Shown piece by piece: positions 8,962 to 17,495 of a DNA stretch of 25,836 bases (its first letter is position 1; every line of letters starts with the position of its first letter). A program made the translations under genes and the position numbers. Origin of the DNA: a virus (Duplodnaviria > Heunggongvirae > Uroviricota > Caudoviricetes); IMG/VR virus record IMGVR_UViG_2526164601_000026; one strand, written 5' to 3'. Below the pieces are notes generated by a model. It did no database searches and was not told the origin of the DNA. It saw only the letters and a list, made by a program, of their open reading frames with translations.

Positions 8962-9032
8962 ACCAAAGCATGACATCTCTGTTTCGCACCGAAGGTGACA
9001 CTTCTGCTTTGCGTTGACAGGAGAAGCAGGCT

Positions 9033-9188
9033 ATGAAGCAGCAAAAGGCGATGTTAATCGCCCTGATCGTCATCTGTTTAACCGTCATAGTGACGGCACT
9101 GGTAACGAGGAAAGACCTCTGCGAGGTACGAATCCGAACCGGCCAGACGGAGGTCGCTGTCTTCACAGCTTACGAACCTGAGGAGTAA
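9033..9188 (+). CDS. hokD: Hok-family type I toxin (HokD/RelF-like)
   Basis: 51-aa ORF MKQQKAMLIALIVICLTVIVTALVTRKDLCEVRIRTGQTEVAVFTAYEPEE, with a single TM helix. Sits downstream of relBE as in the Qin prophage. Confidence 0.8.
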   Translation: MKQQKAMLIALIVICLTVIVTALVTRKDLCEVRIRTGQTEVAVFTAYEPEE

Positions 9189-9255
9189 GAGACCAGGCGG
9201 GGGAGAATCCCTCGCCACCTCTGATGTGTCAGGCATCCTCAACGCACCCGCACTT

Positions 9256-9282
9256 AACCCGCTTCGGCGGGTTTTGTTTTTT
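9256..9282 (+). terminator. Rho-independent terminator (3' end of hok transcript)
   Basis: aacccgc-ttcg-gcgggtt hairpin followed by TTGTTTTTT. Confidence 0.5.
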
Positions 9283-9354
9283 CCTAGCATTCTGGTTTAC
9301 AATTCGCACGCCAGCCTGAACAACTGGCACCTGCTGCGCCAGCAGAGACAACCG

Positions 9355-9633
9355 ATGGCGCACGATACCAAATTACACAATTCTGATGATTCTGCCGTCT
9401 TTGCCAGCAGGCACGGGCGGCGTTCCCGCACTTTCAAATCTGACTGGTTCCAGCATCCCCCATGCACTGAAGAACAGGCCGAGTGGCTAATTCAGTGCTA
9501 CCGCAGACACGGATACGAGATTAAGAAAGCCCTCAGCCTCGATTATCGTCACTGGATAATCTCCGTCAGGCTTCCTTACTCCGAGCGCCCACCGCGTCCG
9601 TCCCGCACATTCCAGCAACGCATCTGGAGGTAA
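9355..9633 (+). CDS. Rem-like small prophage protein
   Basis: In-frame ATG downstream of the hok terminator; MAHDTKLHNSDDSAVFASRHGRR.... The track ORF 9226-9633 would read through the terminator, so the shorter start is preferred. Position matches rem in Qin; function unknown. Confidence 0.4.
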   Translation: MAHDTKLHNSDDSAVFASRHGRRSRTFKSDWFQHPPCTEEQAEWLIQCYRRHGYEIKKALSLDYRHWIISVRLPYSERPPRPSRTFQQRIWR

Positions 9634-9634
9634 C

Positions 9635-10684
9635 GTGCGGGTATTACTTCGACCTGTTCTGGTACCGGAACTCGGGCTGGTGATCGTTAAGCCGGGCCGT
9701 GAATCCATGCCGGTATTCCACAATACCCGGGTACTGGTGGAGCCGGAACCGAAAAGCATGCGTAATCTGCCGTCCGGGGTTGTTCCTGCCGTTCACCAGC
9801 CGCTAGTGGAAGACAAAACATTGCTGCCGTTTTTCAGTAACGCACGGGTGATTCGTGCTGCTGGTGGTGCTGGTGCATTGTCTGACTGGCTGTTGCGCCA
9901 TATTAAATCCTGCCAGTGGCCACACGGCGATTATCATCACAGCGAAACCGTCATTCACCGTTATGGTACCGGCGCAATGGTGTTGTGCTGGCACTGCGAC
10001 AACCAGCTGCGTGACCAGACATCCGAATCACTCGAGCAACTTGCTCATCAAAACCTGTCAGCATGGATGATTGACGTCATCGGTCACGCAATAAGCGGTA
10101 CGCAGGAGCGTGAATTATCTCTGGCTGAATTATCCTGGTGGGCGGTCTGCAATCAGGTGGCGGACGCGCTTCCGGAGGCAGTATTACGTCGTTCTCTGGG
10201 GTTACGTGCGGAAAAAATCCGCCCCTTGTACCGCGAAAGCGACATCGTACCGGGAGAGCAGACCGCCATCAGCATACTGAAACAGCGCACAAAAAATCTT
10301 GCGCCGCTGCCTCACGCCCACCAGCAACAGAACCCACCACAGGAAAAGACGGTGGTCAGCATTGCCGTTGATCCTGAGCCTCCGGAATCTTTCATGAAAC
10401 GACCTAAACGTCGCCGCTGGGTTAACGAGAAATACACACGCTGGGTGAAGACACAGCCGTGTGCGTGTTGTGGTAAGCCAGCCGACGATCCCCATCACCT
10501 GATTGGTCATGGTCAGGGCGGAATGGGGACAAAATCTCACGATATTTTCACGCTACCGCTGTGTCGGGAGCATCACAACGAGCTTCATGCGGATCCGCTG
10601 GCGTTCGAAGAAAAGCATGGTTCTCAGGTTGATTTAATTTTTCGTTTTCTTGATCACGCCTTTGCAACTGGCGTGCTTGGGTAA
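9635..10684 (+). CDS. DUF968/YdfU-like protein with HNH-like Cys/His motif
   Basis: 349-aa ORF with C-terminal CACCGKPADDPHHLIGHG...CREHHNELH motif. Position between rem and rusA/Q as in Qin-type prophages. Confidence 0.6.
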   Translation: MRVLLRPVLVPELGLVIVKPGRESMPVFHNTRVLVEPEPKSMRNLPSGVVPAVHQPLVEDKTLLPFFSNARVIRAAGGAGALSDWLLRHIKSCQWPHGDYHHSETVIHRYGTGAMVLCWHCDNQLRDQTSESLEQLAHQNLSAWMIDVIGHAISGTQERELSLAELSWWAVCNQVADALPEAVLRRSLGLRAEKIRPLYRESDIVPGEQTAISILKQRTKNLAPLPHAHQQQNPPQEKTVVSIAVDPEPPESFMKRPKRRRWVNEKYTRWVKTQPCACCGKPADDPHHLIGHGQGGMGTKSHDIFTLPLCREHHNELHADPLAFEEKHGSQVDLIFRFLDHAFATGVLG

Positions 10685-10696
10685 AAGAGGTGACTG

Positions 10697-11053
10697 ATGC
10701 TCATAGATTTGGTTTTACCTTACCCGCCGACGGTGAACACTTACTGGCGACGCCGTGGCAGCACATATTTTATCTCGGAGGAGGGAAAGCGTTATCGCCG
10801 GGCTGTGGCGCTTATTGTTCGCCAGCAGCGGCTGAAATTAAGCCTGTCCGGAAGGCTGGCGATAAAGGTGATTGCAGAGCCACCGGATAAGCGTCGTCGC
10901 GACCTGGACAACATTCTGAAAGCACCGCTGGATGCGCTGACGCATGCGGGAGTGTTAATGGACGATGAGCAGTTTGATGAAATCAATATCGTTCGTGGTC
11001 AGCCAGTATCTGGTGGACGTCTGGGGGTGAAGATTTACCCCATAATGCATTAA
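10697..11053 (+). CDS. rusA: RusA-family Holliday junction resolvase
   Basis: 118-aa ORF containing the RusA-like core RRRDLDNILKAPLDALTHAGVLMDDEQ. AAGAGG RBS upstream. Confidence 0.75.
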   Translation: MLIDLVLPYPPTVNTYWRRRGSTYFISEEGKRYRRAVALIVRQQRLKLSLSGRLAIKVIAEPPDKRRRDLDNILKAPLDALTHAGVLMDDEQFDEINIVRGQPVSGGRLGVKIYPIMH

Positions 11054-11067
11054 GAGCAGGTCAAAAA

Positions 11068-11889
11068 ATGAAACTGGAAGATTTACCGAAATACTACTCC
11101 CCAAAATCCCCTGGCCTGACCGATGCATCGGCCTCAACGTCAAAAGATGCGCTGAGTATCACTGATGTGATGGCCGCGCAGGGCATGACACAGAATCGGG
11201 CTGAGATGGGTTTTTCTGCGTTCCTGGGGAAAATGGGCATCAGTATGAATGACAGGGCGCGGGCAACAGAATTACTGGCAGATTATGCACTCAGTCGGTG
11301 CGATCGTGTGGCGGCGTTGAGAAAACTTCCGGCAGAAATAAAACCGGTAGTGATGCGCATTATGGCTTCGTACGCTTTTGAGGATTATGCCCGCAGCGCA
11401 GCGAGTAAAAAGCAGTGCCCTTGTTGCTATGGGGAAAAATTTATTGAAAGCATAGTTTTTACAAACAAGGTCCAGTATCCGGATGGTAAGCCGCCGGTAT
11501 GGGCAAAGTGTACGAAAGGTGTGTATCCGTCTTACTGGGAAGAATGGAAAAAAGTCAGGGAGGTGGTAAAAGTTGCCTGTCCGGAGTGTGGCGGAAAGGG
11601 TGAGGTTTCCACCGCCTGTAAGGATTGCCGTGGGCGTGGTGTCGCCATTCATCGTGAAGAGTCGGTAAAACGTGGTATGCCTGTTATCAGAGACTGCCAG
11701 CGTTGTGGTGGTCGTGGCTATGAAAGACTACCATCAACGGAGGCATTTAATGCTATATGCGAGGTGACAAACCAGATAACACGCGCGTCATGGGAAAAAA
11801 CAGTTAAGAAATTTTATGATGCGCTGGTGACCCGGTTTGATATTGAAGAAGCATGGGCTGAGCGGCAGTTAAAAAAGGTAACTAGGTAA
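11068..11889 (+). CDS. Late-gene antiterminator Q-like protein
   Basis: 273-aa ORF with Cys-rich zinc-binding motifs (CPECGGKGEVSTACKDCRGRG; CQRCGGRG). Located immediately upstream of the PR'/tR'-like region and the tRNAs. Confidence 0.6.
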   Translation: MKLEDLPKYYSPKSPGLTDASASTSKDALSITDVMAAQGMTQNRAEMGFSAFLGKMGISMNDRARATELLADYALSRCDRVAALRKLPAEIKPVVMRIMASYAFEDYARSAASKKQCPCCYGEKFIESIVFTNKVQYPDGKPPVWAKCTKGVYPSYWEEWKKVREVVKVACPECGGKGEVSTACKDCRGRGVAIHREESVKRGMPVIRDCQRCGGRGYERLPSTEAFNAICEVTNQITRASWEKTVKKFYDALVTRFDIEEAWAERQLKKVTR

Positions 11890-11894
11890 CAAGG

Positions 11895-11922
11895 TTGATT
11901 TTTCCGGAATCTGTGGTAAATT
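11895..11922 (+). promoter_or_regulatory. Candidate late promoter PR' (sigma-70 type)
   Basis: TTGATT-16 nt-TAAATT just downstream of Q stop and about 50 nt upstream of a terminator. Confidence 0.35.
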
Positions 11923-11969
11923 CGTCATAACGATGGGCGTTTTATGCCTGACGTTAGAAGAGTTTCTAC

Positions 11970-11995
11970 AACCCGCCGCTGAGCGGGTTTTTTAT
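11970..11995 (+). terminator. tR'-like rho-independent terminator
   Basis: aacccgc-cgctga-gcgggtt hairpin followed by TTTTTTATT. Confidence 0.5.
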
Positions 11996-12032
11996 TGCGA
12001 AATTAATTACGGACCGTTATTATTCTGCTCCC

Positions 12033-12108
12033 GGCCCTTTAGCTCAGTGGTGAGAGCGAGCGACTCATAATCGCCAGGTCGCTGGTTCAAATCCAGCAAG
12101 GGCCACCA
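12033..12108 (+). tRNA. ileZ: tRNA with CAU anticodon, ileX/ileZ-like (tRNA-Ile2)
   Basis: 76-nt cloverleaf: acceptor GGCCCTT/AAGGGCC, D-arm GCTCAGTGGTGAGAGC, anticodon loop CTCATAA, T-arm GCTGGTTCAAATCCAGC, encoded CCA. Closer to ileX than to elongator Met. Confidence 0.85.
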
Positions 12109-12209
12109 TCACAAACCGCCATTAGCTTATCAGGAAGAGCAGACGACACGATAACAGGGTTGTTGGTGCGGGGGGCGGGTCCCCGATGGCGATCCATTAT
12201 CGGTATTCA

Positions 12210-12286
12210 GCGTTGTTAGCTCAGCCGGACAGAGCAATTGCCTTCTAAGCAATCGGTCACTGGTTCGAATCCAGTACAGCGCGCCA
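12210..12286 (+). tRNA. argO: tRNA-Arg (UCU anticodon)
   Basis: 77-nt cloverleaf: acceptor GCGTTGT/ACAGCGC, anticodon stem-loop ATTGC-CTTCTAA-GCAAT, T-arm ACTGGTTCGAATCCAGT, encoded CCA. Confidence 0.85.
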
Positions 12287-12396
12287 TATTCATTCTTCCA
12301 GATTCCTTCCGGCAGAGCCTTATACTGAAATATACCTGGCTCAGGATATTGTTGAAAATATTATATGTTTGTCAAAAATAAAAGTTCTGTTAAGTA

Positions 12397-12750
12397 TTGA
12401 TTGAATATTTGTTATACGGTCTAATGGTTTTTTCAGCATTAAATATTTATCATTCATATGGTGTGGGTAGAGTGAATATTGATGAGGCGTCGGGGTGTTT
12501 CATCCTTAGGCAGCGTATTGATATAGTCAATGCAGCACGAGCAAAGGCCTTCAGCCGTTTGACAGTTTTGTTCTGTACTCCTGATCGTCTTTCGGGAAGA
12601 GACGTTATTATTCTGAATAGTGATGCTATACAGAGGGTTTGCGATGAGTTCATGGTTGCTAATTCAGAATTATTTGCTCTTGTTCAGGAGTACAACAGAA
12701 TAGCCAGGACCTGTGGTATGGATGAACTTCGGATTACTCATCTGGGGTAG
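12397..12750 (+). CDS. Hypothetical protein (cargo gene downstream of phage tRNAs)
   Basis: 117-aa ORF starting at TTG; the first ATG is at 12424. No clear RBS and no family recognised. AT-rich context. Confidence 0.3.
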   Translation: MIEYLLYGLMVFSALNIYHSYGVGRVNIDEASGCFILRQRIDIVNAARAKAFSRLTVLFCTPDRLSGRDVIILNSDAIQRVCDEFMVANSELFALVQEYNRIARTCGMDELRITHLG

Positions 12751-13141
12751 ATACATATCTGGATTATCACCTGTTACGGTAAAAAGTGATTGCTTACTGT
12801 TTTTGTGAATGGCATTGCAGCAGCCGGATAATGTCAGTGCTGGCTGACGGTGTGCTGGTGGCGGGTGTGGTGGTTGTTGCTTTCCCGTTGCTGAAAAAGA
12901 AAACGCCAGACTGTTAGCCGGGTATCAGTTAGCGGGAGAAATTTTTAAATACTTCACAATTCAGGCGGTTGACTGTTGTCTGGTTTGCGGGGAGTTTGTT
13001 AAAAGAAACTGGCATGGTGAATCCCCCTGTGCGGAGGGGCAATCAGCGAGTAGGTATATGGGATAATCGCGGATTCAGGTGCTGGTACTGAATTCACCGG
13101 GAGGCACCCGGCACCATGCAATGGCACATAGCGCCACTCTC

Positions 13142-13178
13142 CAGCCCCTCTCCGGAGGGGCTGTTTATATTGATTTTG
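13142..13178 (+). terminator. Rho-independent terminator-like hairpin
   Basis: cagcccctc-tccg-gaggggctg GC-rich stem followed by TTTATATTGATTTTG. Confidence 0.4.
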
Positions 13179-13197
13179 TCAGATGTGAGTAAACTCC

Positions 13198-13533
13198 TTA
13201 TGGATTTTGTTGTTTTAGCCCATAAGGACATATTTGCAGAGTGCAACGGTTATTAAAGCATTCATTCAATACGTTATCTGTATTTGTAGGGCATTCCTGG
13301 CTGTTTTTGATTAAATTCCAGAATGTTTTATTGAATGGTACTATGTTGTAAATGGTTACAGGTAGCACTTTGTTATTGAGCATGATACCTGTGTGAGTCA
13401 GTGTAAATATACTTTCAGGAGGTAAGAAAGCATCCGATTGATACCAGATTATTAATTTTATTTTACTCCATATGACTGAAAAAGATATTCCGCATGATGG
13501 CTGGATAACTGTATCAATCACAATCCACTTCAT
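13198..13533 (-). CDS. Hypothetical Cys-containing protein (AT-rich cargo gene)
   Basis: 111-aa ORF with AAGGA RBS 7 nt upstream of ATG. Strongly AT-rich; no recognisable family. Confidence 0.45.
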   Translation of the reverse strand: MKWIVIDTVIQPSCGISFSVIWSKIKLIIWYQSDAFLPPESIFTLTHTGIMLNNKVLPVTIYNIVPFNKTFWNLIKNSQECPTNTDNVLNECFNNRCTLQICPYGLKQQNP

Positions 13534-13777
13534 TTACTTTCCTTGTTTATGCCTTGCTGGTGATGTTCTGAAAAGTATAAATGATATTTTTGAATTAAAC
13601 CATAGAGCAGAATTATTTTTCTGATGTTGTTTATTGTTTATTTAAATACAGGGTGGTTTATATCTCGTCTTGTAGTTTATCCATGCATATCTGCTTGATA
13701 ATCAGGTTTTTATTTAAGGTATGGTTTTGTGTTTTTTCTGTATTACATGTCAGGTATTTTAAAGAATTATTTTTCAG

Positions 13778-15685
13778 ATGGTGGAAAGAACCATGGCATT
13801 TAAACACTATGATGTTGTCAGGGCGGCGTCGCCATCAGATCTTGCGGAAAAGCTGACACATAAACTGAAAGAGGGCTGGCAGCCGTTTGGTAGTCCGGTG
13901 GCCATAACCCCTTATACTCTGATGCAGGCGATTACAGCAGAAGGTGATGTGGTGGTCAGTGGTGCAACTGAGCCGGATTGGTACTACGTCATCGTACTGG
14001 CCGGGCAGTCCAATGCCATGGCTTACGGTGAAGGGCTTCCGCTGCCGGATTCATACGATGCTCCGGATCCGCGCATTAAACAGCTGGCGCGCCGCAGTAC
14101 AGTGACGCCGGGTGGGGCTGCCTGCAGATATAACGATATTATTCCGGCCGACCACTGCCTGCATGATGTGCAGGATATGAGTACGCTGAATCATCCGAAG
14201 GCAGACCTGAGCAAAGGGCAGTACGGCTGTGTCGGCCAGGGCTTACATATTGCCAAACGTCTGCTGCCGTATATCCCCAAAAATGCCGGGATTCTTCTTG
14301 TTCCCTGCTCCCGTGGTGGTTCGGCATTCACCCAGGGCGCGGAGGGGACATTCAGTGCGGACACGGGGGCCAGCCAGGATTCGGCGCGCTGGGGTGTGGG
14401 TAAACCGTTATATCAGGACCTGATTGCGCGCACTAAAGCTGCATTACAGAAGAACCCGAAAAATGTGTTGCTGGCGGTGTGCTGGATGCAGGGAGAGTTT
14501 GACATGAGCGCCGCCACCTACGCACAGCAACCTGCGCTGTTTACAGCCATGCTGAAGCAGTTTCGTGCTGACCTCACTGTGTTTAACGCGCAGTGTCATG
14601 GTGGCAGTGCTGTAAATGTGCCGTGGATTTGTGGTGACACGACGTATTACTGGAAAAATACATACGCTACCCAGTACGACACCGTGTACGGCGGGTATAA
14701 AAACAGGGAGAGTGAGGGCGTTTATTTTGTGCCCTTCATGACAGACGGTAACGGCGTCAATACCGCCACTAACGCGCCGGCAGAAGATCCGGATATTCCG
14801 GCATCAGGATATTACGGTGCGGCATCGAGAACGAATGGAAACCAGGTATCATCAAACCGCCCGACACATTTCAGTTCATGGGCGCGCAGGAGCATTATTC
14901 CGGATCGTCTGGCAACCGCTATTCTGAACGCAGCCGGGCGCACCTCCGCCTTCATCAGTGGTAAGGCACCGGAAATCAAACCCTCGCCCGGCGGCAACAC
15001 GCCATCGGGTCCGTCTGCAGATACGTCCGTTCGCACAATCTCCCTGCTGCCGGCAGCCGGAGAGGCTGCTGCGCAGGGCTGGAGCATTAAGGATGGCGGA
15101 ATTCAGTTGTCAGATGGTGTATTTAAGATCACCAAGCAGAGCAATAAAACCTGGTCCCTGACGCATCCGGTGGATGACGCAATTACCCTGCTGACACAGG
15201 GCGGCAGACTGACCTGTAAGTTCCGCCTGTCAGGCGCACTGACCAACAATCAGTTCGGGCTGGGGATTTATCTGTATACGGATGCTCCCGTTCCTGATGG
15301 TGTGGCGATGACGGGTACCGGTAATCCGTTCCTGATGTCGTACTTCACTCAGACCACTGACGGCAGAGTGAATCTGATGCATCACAGGAAAGCCGGAAAC
15401 ACGAAGCTGGGGGAGTTCGGCGATTACGGTAACGACTGGCAGACGCTGGAGCTGGTGTTCACCGCCGGCAGTGCCACGGTTACTCCGAAACTGAATGGAG
15501 TGGCTGGCCCGGCATTCCAGGTTATAAAAGACAGTCTGACACTGGGACTGAATGCGCTGACGCTGACGGATGTTACAAAAAATGCAGCGTATGGCGTTGA
15601 GATAGAAAGTCTGGTGCTGGAGATAAATGCACCGGCAGCATATAAAAAAGAGCCAGCGACTGACCTGAAAGAAGACGCTGGCTAA
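13778..15685 (+). CDS. nanS-p: NanS-p-like prophage sialate O-acetylesterase (N-terminal DUF1737-like plus SASA esterase domain)
   Basis: 635-aa ORF. N-terminus MAFKHYDVVRAASPSDLAEKLTHKLKEGWQPFGSPVA; esterase motif region VIVLAGQSNAMAY. Occupies the position downstream of Q/tRNAs typical of Stx-phage nanS-p. Alternative start at 13793. Confidence 0.7.
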   Translation: MVERTMAFKHYDVVRAASPSDLAEKLTHKLKEGWQPFGSPVAITPYTLMQAITAEGDVVVSGATEPDWYYVIVLAGQSNAMAYGEGLPLPDSYDAPDPRIKQLARRSTVTPGGAACRYNDIIPADHCLHDVQDMSTLNHPKADLSKGQYGCVGQGLHIAKRLLPYIPKNAGILLVPCSRGGSAFTQGAEGTFSADTGASQDSARWGVGKPLYQDLIARTKAALQKNPKNVLLAVCWMQGEFDMSAATYAQQPALFTAMLKQFRADLTVFNAQCHGGSAVNVPWICGDTTYYWKNTYATQYDTVYGGYKNRESEGVYFVPFMTDGNGVNTATNAPAEDPDIPASGYYGAASRTNGNQVSSNRPTHFSSWARRSIIPDRLATAILNAAGRTSAFISGKAPEIKPSPGGNTPSGPSADTSVRTISLLPAAGEAAAQGWSIKDGGIQLSDGVFKITKQSNKTWSLTHPVDDAITLLTQGGRLTCKFRLSGALTNNQFGLGIYLYTDAPVPDGVAMTGTGNPFLMSYFTQTTDGRVNLMHHRKAGNTKLGEFGDYGNDWQTLELVFTAGSATVTPKLNGVAGPAFQVIKDSLTLGLNALTLTDVTKNAAYGVEIESLVLEINAPAAYKKEPATDLKEDAG

Positions 15686-15857
15686 AAGGCCTTATATGTT
15701 TGTAGATGATACTTATATTTGGCAGTACATTTTCTGACAGACAGTGACGGGTGTTGTCAAGATATTGTGTCATTTATAACCTGAATCAGGGGGGCCGGAA
15801 TGTTATCTGGCATTTTTAGCAGAGCCTGAATGCCATAATCACGGCTCCCGGAGTTGG

Positions 15858-15892
15858 CCGTCAGTGGGTGACACTGGCGGTTTTTTTGTTTT
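15858..15892 (+). terminator. Rho-independent terminator upstream of lysis cassette
   Basis: ccgtcagtg-ggtga-cactggcgg hairpin followed by TTTTTTTGTTTTT. Confidence 0.5.
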
Positions 15893-15937
15893 TCTTTACT
15901 TTCATTTTCTGTCGGCGGTGACGGAGACATACATCAG

Positions 15938-16144
15938 ATGGAAAAAATCACAACAGGTGTGTCATACACCACGTCAGCGGTGGGGACGGGATACTGGTTA
16001 CTGCAGCTGCTGGACAAAGTCTCTCCGTCCCAGTGGGTGGCAATAGGTGTGCTGGGAAGTCTGCTGTTTGGCCTGCTGACGTATCTGACTAACCTGTATT
16101 TCAAAATCAGAGAGGACCGTCGTAAGGTGGCGCGGGGAGAGTAG
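15938..16144 (+). CDS. S: Class II holin / pinholin (S21-like)
   Basis: 68-aa [71 protein letters not shown] with two TM helices. GGAG RBS 11 nt upstream. Confidence 0.85.
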   Translation: MEKITTGVSYTTSAVGTGYWLLQLLDKVSPSQWVAIGVLGSLLFGLLTYLTNLYFKIREDRRKVARGE

Positions 16145-16399
16145 TCGATGAATAAACAATACGAACTGGTTGTAAAATGAATATTTCTAACTGAAAAAAC
16201 GTTCCATGAGGTAAGAAAAGGTCACAGGCAATCAATAACAGGACGTGATGAAAGACCCTTGCATTTGTGCGCTTTCTCTTTAGATAGCAGCAGATACTGA
16301 AAATCTGAGTTGTCGGGGAGTCAGGGATACAGCTGTGCAAGAGTTGGTCATTGTGATTCCATTGAAATCCTGTATGCCATGAAGGGCAGGATTTTATGG

Positions 16400-16714
16400 C
16401 TACCTGAGCTTTGGTGATAGTAAGTTGAAAATTCGCATTTTTTGCTGACATGCGTAACGAGAATCCCATAAGCAGGGAGGACTTAATTCTTCATTAACCC
16501 ATGCGTTGATATTATGTTTCAGCCGTTGAAGCATCAGCGGTGTTAATGTTGTGGTAATAATATCCAGCGTTTTATGTGAGATCTTACCGTAAGGGTCTGC
16601 AAGAATGCTGCTTGTTGCTTCGTTATTATCTGCCATCAGAAGAAGTAACTCTGATTTAACGTTTTCTGTCATTAGTTGTAAAAATCTTCTGCGCAAACTT
16701 TCTTTACTGTTCAT
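16400..16714 (-). CDS. Hypothetical protein encoded antisense between holin and endolysin (possibly YdfR-like)
   Basis: 104-aa ORF in the 690-bp gap between S and R on the opposite strand. Weak RBS. Qin has a ~103-aa gene (ydfR) between its holin and endolysin, but homology is not verified. Confidence 0.3.
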   Translation of the reverse strand: MNSKESLRRRFLQLMTENVKSELLLLMADNNEATSSILADPYGKISHKTLDIITTTLTPLMLQRLKHNINAWVNEELSPPCLWDSRYACQQKMRIFNLLSPKLR

Positions 16715-16831
16715 TTATATGGCTTCATTTGTTGTAATCTGCTGCGTCTCAAGGGATATGTTTATGAGAGCGACCATGAGTGTTGGATTATATACCTAAC
16801 ATATCAAGGGATTAGAAATCGATAAATCCCC

Positions 16832-17365
16832 ATGCACGAAAAAATAAAATACGGCCTGTCGGCTGCCGTTCTGGCGCTGATTGGTGCAGGTGCTTCTGCG
16901 CCTGAAATCCTCGACCAGTTTCTGGATGAAAAGGAAGGTAACCACACCACGGCATACCGTGATGGTGCGGGGATCTGGACCATCTGCCGTGGTGCCATTC
17001 TGGTGGATGGTAAGCCTGTTATTCCTGGCATGAAGCTGTCAAAGGAAAAATGCGACCGGGTTAATGCCATCGAACGTGACAAGGCGCTGGCATGGGTGGA
17101 GAAAAACATCCGGGTGCCGCTGACCGAACCCCAGAAAGCGGGGATCGCGTCATTCTGTCCGTACAACATTGGCCCCGGTAAGTGCTTCCCGTCGACGTTT
17201 TATAAACGAATTAATGCAGGCGATCGAAAAGGTGCCTGTGAGGCGATTCGCTGGTGGATTAAGGACGGTGGCAGAGACTGCCGTATCCGTTCAAATAATT
17301 GCTACGGTCAGGTCTCACGGCGTGACCAGGAGAGCGCGCTGGCGTGCTGGGACATCGACAGATAG
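16832..17365 (+). CDS. R: SAR endolysin (phage lysozyme, GH24, R21-like)
   Basis: 177-aa ORF. N-terminal signal-anchor-release segment YGLSAAVLALIGAGASAPEIL, then lysozyme core (EGNHTTAYRDGAGIWTICRG...). Confidence 0.85.
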   Translation: MHEKIKYGLSAAVLALIGAGASAPEILDQFLDEKEGNHTTAYRDGAGIWTICRGAILVDGKPVIPGMKLSKEKCDRVNAIERDKALAWVEKNIRVPLTEPQKAGIASFCPYNIGPGKCFPSTFYKRINAGDRKGACEAIRWWIKDGGRDCRIRSNNCYGQVSRRDQESALACWDIDR

Positions 17366-17454
17366 CAGAATATTTTCCTGAAAAATGACGTTGGCCAACG
17401 CGGGTGGATAACACGAAATCCTGAAAACTGGTAAAACCTAAGTGAATAAAAGTA

Positions 17455-17495
17455 AAAACCCCGTTTGTTGGCAGCAAGCGGGGTTTTGTGTTTTC
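17455..17495 (+). terminator. Terminator-like extended hairpin between endolysin and Rz
   Basis: aaaaccccg...cggggtttt stem with inner ttg-gcag-caa helix, followed by GTGTTTTCT. Confidence 0.35.

Noticed and set aside
9226-9354. Longer rem start at 9226 (135-aa ORF)
   Set aside because: The extension reads through the hok 3' terminator hairpin at 9256-9282; the internal ATG at 9355 is more plausible.
12109-12209. Possible third tRNA between the two annotated tRNAs
   Set aside because: No acceptor/T-arm pairing or GTTCRANNC-type T-loop could be found by eye; left as a finding to check, not annotated as a gene.
12287-13777. Shiga toxin genes stxA/stxB at the canonical position between the tRNAs and nanS-p
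   Set aside because: No ORFs of the right size (about 319 aa and 89 aa) are present; the interval holds unrelated small ORFs.
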